Shown here one piece after another: positions 59,123 through 64,000 of a stretch of 64,000 bases of DNA; the stretch's first letter is position 1; each line of letters begins with the position of its first letter. Below the pieces are notes generated by a model. The model was not told the origin of the DNA and did not search any database. It saw only the letters and a list, made by a program, of their open reading frames with translations. The translations under genes were made by a program, and so were the position numbers. Origin of the DNA: a virus. Lineage: Duplodnaviria; Caudoviricetes. The stretch lies in IMG/VR virus record IMGVR_UViG_3300042940_001591. One strand, written 5' to 3'.

Positions 59123-59482
59123 ATGTTAATTAAACTGACAAATTCAAATTCAAAACGACCAGTGGTAATGAATCCACAAAATGTGCACTCAATGTATGAA
59201 ATCATTGACAAGAATACGGGCGAGCCTGTAACCAAAGTTCACTTCAACGAGAATAGTTATATCATTGTAACTGAACGACTTGAAACAATTTATAACATTC
59301 ATTGGGCAAATTCTAAACAAATGGATTTAGATTGGAATGTTCAACCGATTGATGAACAAATGGAAAACTCCTTCATACAACGACCAAGATACCCTCAACG
59401 TGTTCCTCGTAATGAGTATCGAGAAAACAATCGACAAAGAAATTATAATACGTATGATACCTATAATCAAAACACATATTAA
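59123..59482 (+). CDS. cassette 5a: FlbD-like small beta domain plus Arg/Asn/Gln-rich tail
   Basis: IKLT..VVMNPQNV..TKVHF..IVTERLETI. Confidence 0.45.
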   Translation: MLIKLTNSNSKRPVVMNPQNVHSMYEIIDKNTGEPVTKVHFNENSYIIVTERLETIYNIHWANSKQMDLDWNVQPIDEQMENSFIQRPRYPQRVPRNEYRENNRQRNYNTYDTYNQNTY

Positions 59483-59483
59483 G

Positions 59484-59630
59484 ATGAAAGATATGATAAA
59501 GACGATTATTGAGGTCTACAAGGAAGACAAAAGGGAATTTTGGGATGCAATTTTTAGTTTGATATTAATAATTGGAACATTTTACTTTATGTTTTGGTTT
59601 TTTATCCCTACATTTGCGTACGATATGTAA
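59484..59630 (+). CDS. cassette 5b: 48-aa single-TM protein
   Basis: Start moved to MKDMIK. Confidence 0.5.
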   Translation: MKDMIKTIIEVYKEDKREFWDAIFSLILIIGTFYFMFWFFIPTFAYDM

Positions 59631-59954
59631 AGACAATAGTTTTGTTTAATAGTGTGGTTAGTAAGTGAGCCCTCATCAGAAATGGTGGGGGTTTCTCTTT
59701 TTAGGTGTATTACCGAATCAGCGCAAACGCAACTGCCGTTACAACAATGCAGATGGGACAATTTTACTGGGATGAACGTATGACATTTCCCAGTAATGTC
59801 GTGTCGTCTGCTTGTAAAAAACTACATCTTCGTATTACCCCAGTAATAAAAGCAATGTAACAACACGGGAAAAATTCTTTCACAAAATTTTAACAAAAAA
59901 ACTTTTTATATAAAAATAATATTTGTATATTTGGGTACTAAACATTTAAACAAA

Positions 59955-60155
59955 ATGACTACACAAATCACAACACAAAAATTCAATTTCATTGGGAACA
60001 ATGAGGTTAAGGGTTGGTTTAAACTGACCGATGGTACAAAGACAAACTTTCACATCCAAGAAAATGGGGAAGTCAAACAATGGGGGGACTCAAACAATAA
60101 TGAGGTACATCCTGTCGTTTTAGGTTTATTGGAAATGTTATTTTCTAACGAATAA
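59955..60155 (+). CDS. cassette 6a: hypothetical protein
   Basis: ATG after AAACAAA. Confidence 0.55.
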   Translation: MTTQITTQKFNFIGNNEVKGWFKLTDGTKTNFHIQENGEVKQWGDSNNNEVHPVVLGLLEMLFSNE

Positions 60156-60166
60156 AACCTATAACA

Positions 60167-60376
60167 ATGTTTGAACTATTAAAAATCAGAAAACAATTAG
60201 TTGGTAAAAGAATTAGATTAATTCTAATGGATGATGACCCAAAGACAAACCCTATTCAACCTAACACAATGGGTACGATTGTATTCGTTGATGATATGGG
60301 TTACTATGGTGTGGATTGGGATAACGGAAGGAGTTTATCCGTAATTCCCGAAGAAGATAAGTTTGAAATAATGTAA
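60167..60376 (+). CDS. cassette 6b: DUF4314 family protein
   Basis: GKRIRLILMDDDP..GTIVFVDDMG..VDWDNGRSL..EDKF. Confidence 0.75.
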   Translation: MFELLKIRKQLVGKRIRLILMDDDPKTNPIQPNTMGTIVFVDDMGYYGVDWDNGRSLSVIPEEDKFEIM

Positions 60377-60732
60377 TAGACTCAACACAATTATTTTAGA
60401 AACCCTACGACTTTTAGTTGTGGGGTTTTTTGTTTTTAAGAAGTGTGGGTGGAACCGAGTCTCCAGGAAAACTATACTGGGGTATTACACAACAATGAAC
60501 CTTGAATCTGATCATCCAGGAAAAGTTTCCTGGGGTAAAAACGTATTACACCCCCAGTAATATCGAACAGGTAGATCTACAGATTTTTTTTCTTTACGTC
60601 CCCAGTATTGTTTTCCTGCATCAACACATCGATACATGTTTTTTCGTTTTCCCCAGTATTGTTTTCCTGAACGGGACAGATTTTATGTCAGAGAGTCCCC
60701 AGTAATTTATTTCTGGATCAAGGGGAAAAAAG

Positions 60733-60776
60733 TTATCCACAATTTGTCCACAAAAAAAAATTAAGAATGTGGATAA
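60733..60776. promoter_or_regulatory. cluster of three DnaA-box-like 9-mers
   Basis: TTATCCACA 60733-60741, TTGTCCACA 60744-60752, TGTGGATAA 60768-60776. Confidence 0.55.
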
Positions 60777-60853
60777 AAAAATATTAAATATATTTTGTTA
60801 TATTGGATAAAAGTTGTAATTTAGAGTATTGAAAAAATAAACAAAATAATGTT

Positions 60854-61384
60854 ATGAAAAAAAATCGTTTCAAAATCCTACAAGGTGAGTTTATCAAAAT
60901 GATGAACGAGGTTAAAAATCCTACATTTATGAATTTAGTTACACACACTATCCCAAAAATGAACAAAGGGGGTAGGGAAGGTTTGAACAAGTATTATGGA
61001 AAAGTTGTGAAGAAAAAATCGGTTAGAGTTTTAATCGGTGGTGAGTACGAACAACGAGTAAAGGGTAACGAAATTAAGGGTGGTGGTGAAGGTAATTTTC
61101 AAGTAAGTGAAAATAAAGTTGGTAACCATATCAACAATGTTATCCTTTACAACGAAAATACAAAAAAGTATTATCTTCAATACGAGTGGTTTATGGAAGT
61201 GAAACCAAAAGTTGAATTTGAATTTGAGGGAAACCCTATTGACCAAACTTTGTTTGATAGTTGGTTAGTGAAGTCCAACAATTACAAAAATCAACCGAGT
61301 GAAAGAAAGGTACAAACCTTATCGGTAAGTTTAGATAATGTTAAAGAAGTGTCATACAACGGAAACATTTACGAGTTCATTTAA
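60854..61384 (+). CDS. cassette 7: hypothetical protein
   Basis: Own promoter variant and terminator. Confidence 0.65.
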   Translation: MKKNRFKILQGEFIKMMNEVKNPTFMNLVTHTIPKMNKGGREGLNKYYGKVVKKKSVRVLIGGEYEQRVKGNEIKGGGEGNFQVSENKVGNHINNVILYNENTKKYYLQYEWFMEVKPKVEFEFEGNPIDQTLFDSWLVKSNNYKNQPSERKVQTLSVSLDNVKEVSYNGNIYEFI

Positions 61385-61667
61385 AGGTTAGTTCCCCTAC
61401 TAACCGAAGTCCACTCCGAAAGGGGTGGATTTTTTTTGTCCAAGAATTTCTCCATCTCCGTCCATCTGTTTTTATTACTGGGTAATACAAGAAGAACCTC
61501 ATCATCAGGAAGACAGAGTCGAAAAATTACTGGGGTATCATTGTCATACATCCCAGTAAATTATTTTACCTTCACGGGTATCCAAAATTCTTTGACAATA
61601 TTTTAACAAATTTATTTTTGATATAACCGAATTAGTTGTATATTTGTGTACACTAAAAAACATTAAA

Positions 61668-62228
61668 ATGAGAAAGTATGAATTAGTTGTCGAACACGAT
61701 AACGACCCAATGAATCCTCGTACCGAGTGGGATAACATTACTACAATGATTTGTTTTCACAAAAGGTACGATATTGGTGACAAAACTGACTACAAAAGTG
61801 TTGACTTTGATAGTTGGGATGAATTGAAGTCACAAATTGAAAGTGACCATAAAGTCCTTTTGATTAAACCTTTGTATATGTACGACCATAGTGGTATAAC
61901 TATATCCACAAGTCCGTTCAGTTGTCAATGGGATAGTGGACAAGTTGGTTGGGTTTTCATAAGTGAAAAACAATTGAACTTAATGTGTGGTAAAGAATTT
62001 GAAAGGGGTGAAGAAAAGTTAAGTTTGATTATGAATAGTGAAGTTAGAATTTATGATGAATACTTAACGGGTGAAGTTTACCAATACAAAGTTTACGAAA
62101 TTGAAACTTGTAATAAAGGTCACGAACACAAAACATTAGTTGAATGTTGTGGAAGTTATTATAGTGAGGACGATTGTTGGGATGAAGGTAAGTCCGTATT
62201 ACGACATTTAGAAGGAGTAGTTGTGTAG
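61668..62228 (+). CDS. cassette 8: conserved mobile-element hypothetical protein
   Basis: PLYMYDHSG..S..FSCQWDSGQVGW, motif recalled from ICE/phage uncharacterised proteins. Confidence 0.6.
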   Translation: MRKYELVVEHDNDPMNPRTEWDNITTMICFHKRYDIGDKTDYKSVDFDSWDELKSQIESDHKVLLIKPLYMYDHSGITISTSPFSCQWDSGQVGWVFISEKQLNLMCGKEFERGEEKLSLIMNSEVRIYDEYLTGEVYQYKVYEIETCNKGHEHKTLVECCGSYYSEDDCWDEGKSVLRHLEGVVV

Positions 62229-62567
62229 AAATACATAGGTTGGAAAGGTGAAGAAGGGTAGTCGAAAGACTATCCTTTTTTTTGTTCATACCTCAGGTCC
62301 TCGACCGGTTAGGTGTATTACTTTACTGGGGAGTTTATAGTGTGTGTTAGAATTTCCGACGCGACGGTTCGGACGTATTACTTTACTGGGGAGTTTACCC
62401 AGTATTAATTTCCAGTAGGTCCCCGAACTGGAATTCTTGTATTACCCAGTAATATATTTGGATTACCAGGGTCAGAAAAAAAGTAAAATAATTTTTCATA
62501 AATGTATTGTAAAACGGAATTTCTTTTTTATATTTGTATTGTCTACTAACCAATAGACCTACACACT

Positions 62568-62888
62568 ATGGACACTTTGTTCACTTCCCAAATCGAAAAA
62601 ACTCTAAATTCCAATGTGGAGTTTGAGTTCTCCTTGGACTTCCAAGGTCAAGTTGAATACATTGAGTCGGAGAACACCGACCAATTTTTGGAGTACGAAC
62701 TCGTACTTCTATTCCTTGTTGAAAAGGATTTGATTCCTATCAACGAGAGAACCGAAGGAGTTGTCACCATCGAGAATGGTGTTGTTGAAATTTTCTACAA
62801 GACTTGTACCCAAGTCGGTGAGGATTGGAATGATGATGTGTGGGATGAAAAAACTTCCGAACATTCAGTACAAGATTTGTTGGTGTAA
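62568..62888 (+). CDS. cassette 9: highly acidic protein
   Basis: About 25 D/E vs 5 K/R in 106 aa. Confidence 0.65.
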   Translation: MDTLFTSQIEKTLNSNVEFEFSLDFQGQVEYIESENTDQFLEYELVLLFLVEKDLIPINERTEGVVTIENGVVEIFYKTCTQVGEDWNDDVWDEKTSEHSVQDLLV

Positions 62889-63088
62889 TAAAACCACCTA
62901 CTTTAATAAGACCTCCGATTCTGTCGGGGGTTTTTTTATGTCCAAAATTTTTCTCGACCTGATCGTCCGGTAAGTTTACTGGGGTGTTTACCCAGTAATG
63001 TATTTGGATACGAGAGTCAGATTTAAAAAATAAATTTGGTGTATAACAATTATTGTTGTATATTTGTAGACACTAAAAAATAAAATGT

Positions 63089-63358
63089 ATGACACAAGAA
63101 GAAATTGAAATTGTAAAAAACACTATCTATTCAGTTGTTGAAGGACACATTGATAGTGAAATTAATTATGAGTGGGTTGGTAGTGATTTTACCGAAAGGA
63201 TAATGGATAACCTACCGATTGATAAAAAAATGTCTTTCGTTAGGATTGTCCAAAATAGTAGTAGTGATGTTCAATTTGATAACGAATTGTATGTGAAGTT
63301 CCTTAATCATATTACCGACTTTCTTTATAGTGGTTTGGAGTTTGAAACCAAAGAATAA
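63089..63358 (+). CDS. cassette 10: acidic protein
   Basis: D/E in excess; own promoter and terminator. Confidence 0.6.
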   Translation: MTQEEIEIVKNTIYSVVEGHIDSEINYEWVGSDFTERIMDNLPIDKKMSFVRIVQNSSSDVQFDNELYVKFLNHITDFLYSGLEFETKE

Positions 63359-63634
63359 AATTTTTTAGATTTTAACCCTCACAGAAATGTGGGGGTTTTT
63401 TATGTCCACAGATTTCCCGTCCCTGATCATCCCATAAAATTACTGGGGTGTATCCGTATATATCCGTGTTTATCTGTAAACGTATTCGATTCCCCAGTAA
63501 TATCAGTAGCTCTGATCACAGGTGGATCAGGAGAAAAAAATTAATTAATATTTCTTAAAAATAAATTTGGATTATATGCCAAATTGATTTATCTTTGTCA
63601 TACAATCATTTATTAAACCATAAAAATTAAACAG

Positions 63635-64000
63635 ATGGAAATCGTAGAAAACAATCGGGTTAATCAGTTCTTGGATAGAACTGGTTTAAATTGGAAAGTC
63701 CGTACCGAAGGACTTCAAACTTCGTCAGGAATTATTATCCCTGATAAAATTGGTATTGTTCGTGAGGACGATAGTACAATCTTGGGTATTCACTCGAATG
63801 GTTATGTACCATATCAGAATGACCAAATGATGGAACTATTATTCAAAGTATCCCAACAAACTGGACTTGATGTTCACAGAGGTGGTTTGTTTGGTGGTGG
63901 ACGAAAAGTATTCGTTCAATTAAAATCAAACGACTTAACCTTGGGGACGGATAGAATCGAGGGTTATGTTACTGGGATTAATTCTTTTGATGGTTCGACT
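63635..64000 (+). CDS. cassette 11: DUF932 family protein (truncated at window edge, not in ORF track)
   Basis: MEIVENNRVNQFLDRTGLNWKV..VREDD..LG..Y.PYQN..GGLFGGGRKVFVQL..NSFDGS. Confidence 0.8.
   Translation, partial: MEIVENNRVNQFLDRTGLNWKVRTEGLQTSSGIIIPDKIGIVREDDSTILGIHSNGYVPYQNDQMMELLFKVSQQTGLDVHRGGLFGGGRKVFVQLKSNDLTLGTDRIEGYVTGINSFDGST

Larger units (their letters stand above)
55500..63510. repeat. dispersed TTACTGGG / CCCAGTAA repeats in ten intergenic spacers
   Basis: Manual count: 18 exact TTACTGGG and 18 exact CCCAGTAA in spacers plus single-mismatch variants; none noticed left of 55.0 kb. Confidence 0.9.
55189..63597 (+). promoter_or_regulatory. series of Bacteroidota sigma70-type TAnnTTTG promoters, one per cassette
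   Basis: 55189, 56169, 56908, 58132, 59066, 59926, 60817 (variant), 61639, 62529, 63059, 63590; TTTG ~20 nt upstream in checked cases. Confidence 0.85.

Noticed and set aside
55630-61738. Short ORFs in cassette spacers (55630, 55950, 56540, 56789, 60502, 61544)
   Set aside because: Run through repeats, promoters and terminators, with non-coding composition
55500-63510. CRISPR array
   Set aside because: Repeat core is only 8-10 nt, occurs in both orientations with irregular spacing and is interrupted by genes; no 23-47-nt direct repeats and no cas genes
55500-63510. Classical integron attC sites
   Set aside because: No RYYYAAC/GTTRRRY ends, cassettes carry their own promoters, and no intI in window
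1-64000. Stop-codon recoding
   Set aside because: Long genes are intact in the standard code and no suppressor tRNA was found
1-64000. Bacterial chromosome or NCLDV origin
   Set aside because: No housekeeping operons or NCLDV core genes; bacterial promoters, terminators, tmRNA and endolysin indicate a phage

Overview
AT-rich 64-kb segment of a large (jumbo-type) dsDNA phage that most likely infects a Bacteroidota host. Evidence: repeated TAnnTTTG (-7) / TTTG (-33) promoters, A-rich translation starts without Shine-Dalgarno, signal peptides cleaving before Gln, a GH19 endolysin, tRNAs, and no host housekeeping genes. Left to right: an RNA-repair module (kinase, Rnl1 ligase, receiver-like protein); a ~12-kb minus-strand operon of exported proteins (beta-barrels, CsgG-like, cohesin/dockerin/C-type lectin, T9SS-CTD-like lipoproteins); a 12-tRNA array preceded by an attenuator-like leader and including a tRNA-Asp with an 82-nt variable arm; several unexplained structured spacers; a ~800-nt GOLLD-like ncRNA; a tmRNA; a five-gene glycosylation locus; and many late genes sharing short N-terminal (I/L)xE leaders (candidate capsid-packaged cargo). 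After a GC-rich element at the transcription strand switch (~55 kb) comes an array of at least 11 promoter-ORF-terminator cassettes. Their spacers carry about 36 exact TTACTGGG/CCCAGTAA copies in convergent polarity, the most unusual structure in the window. All family assignments come from motifs recognised by eye; no database search was run.
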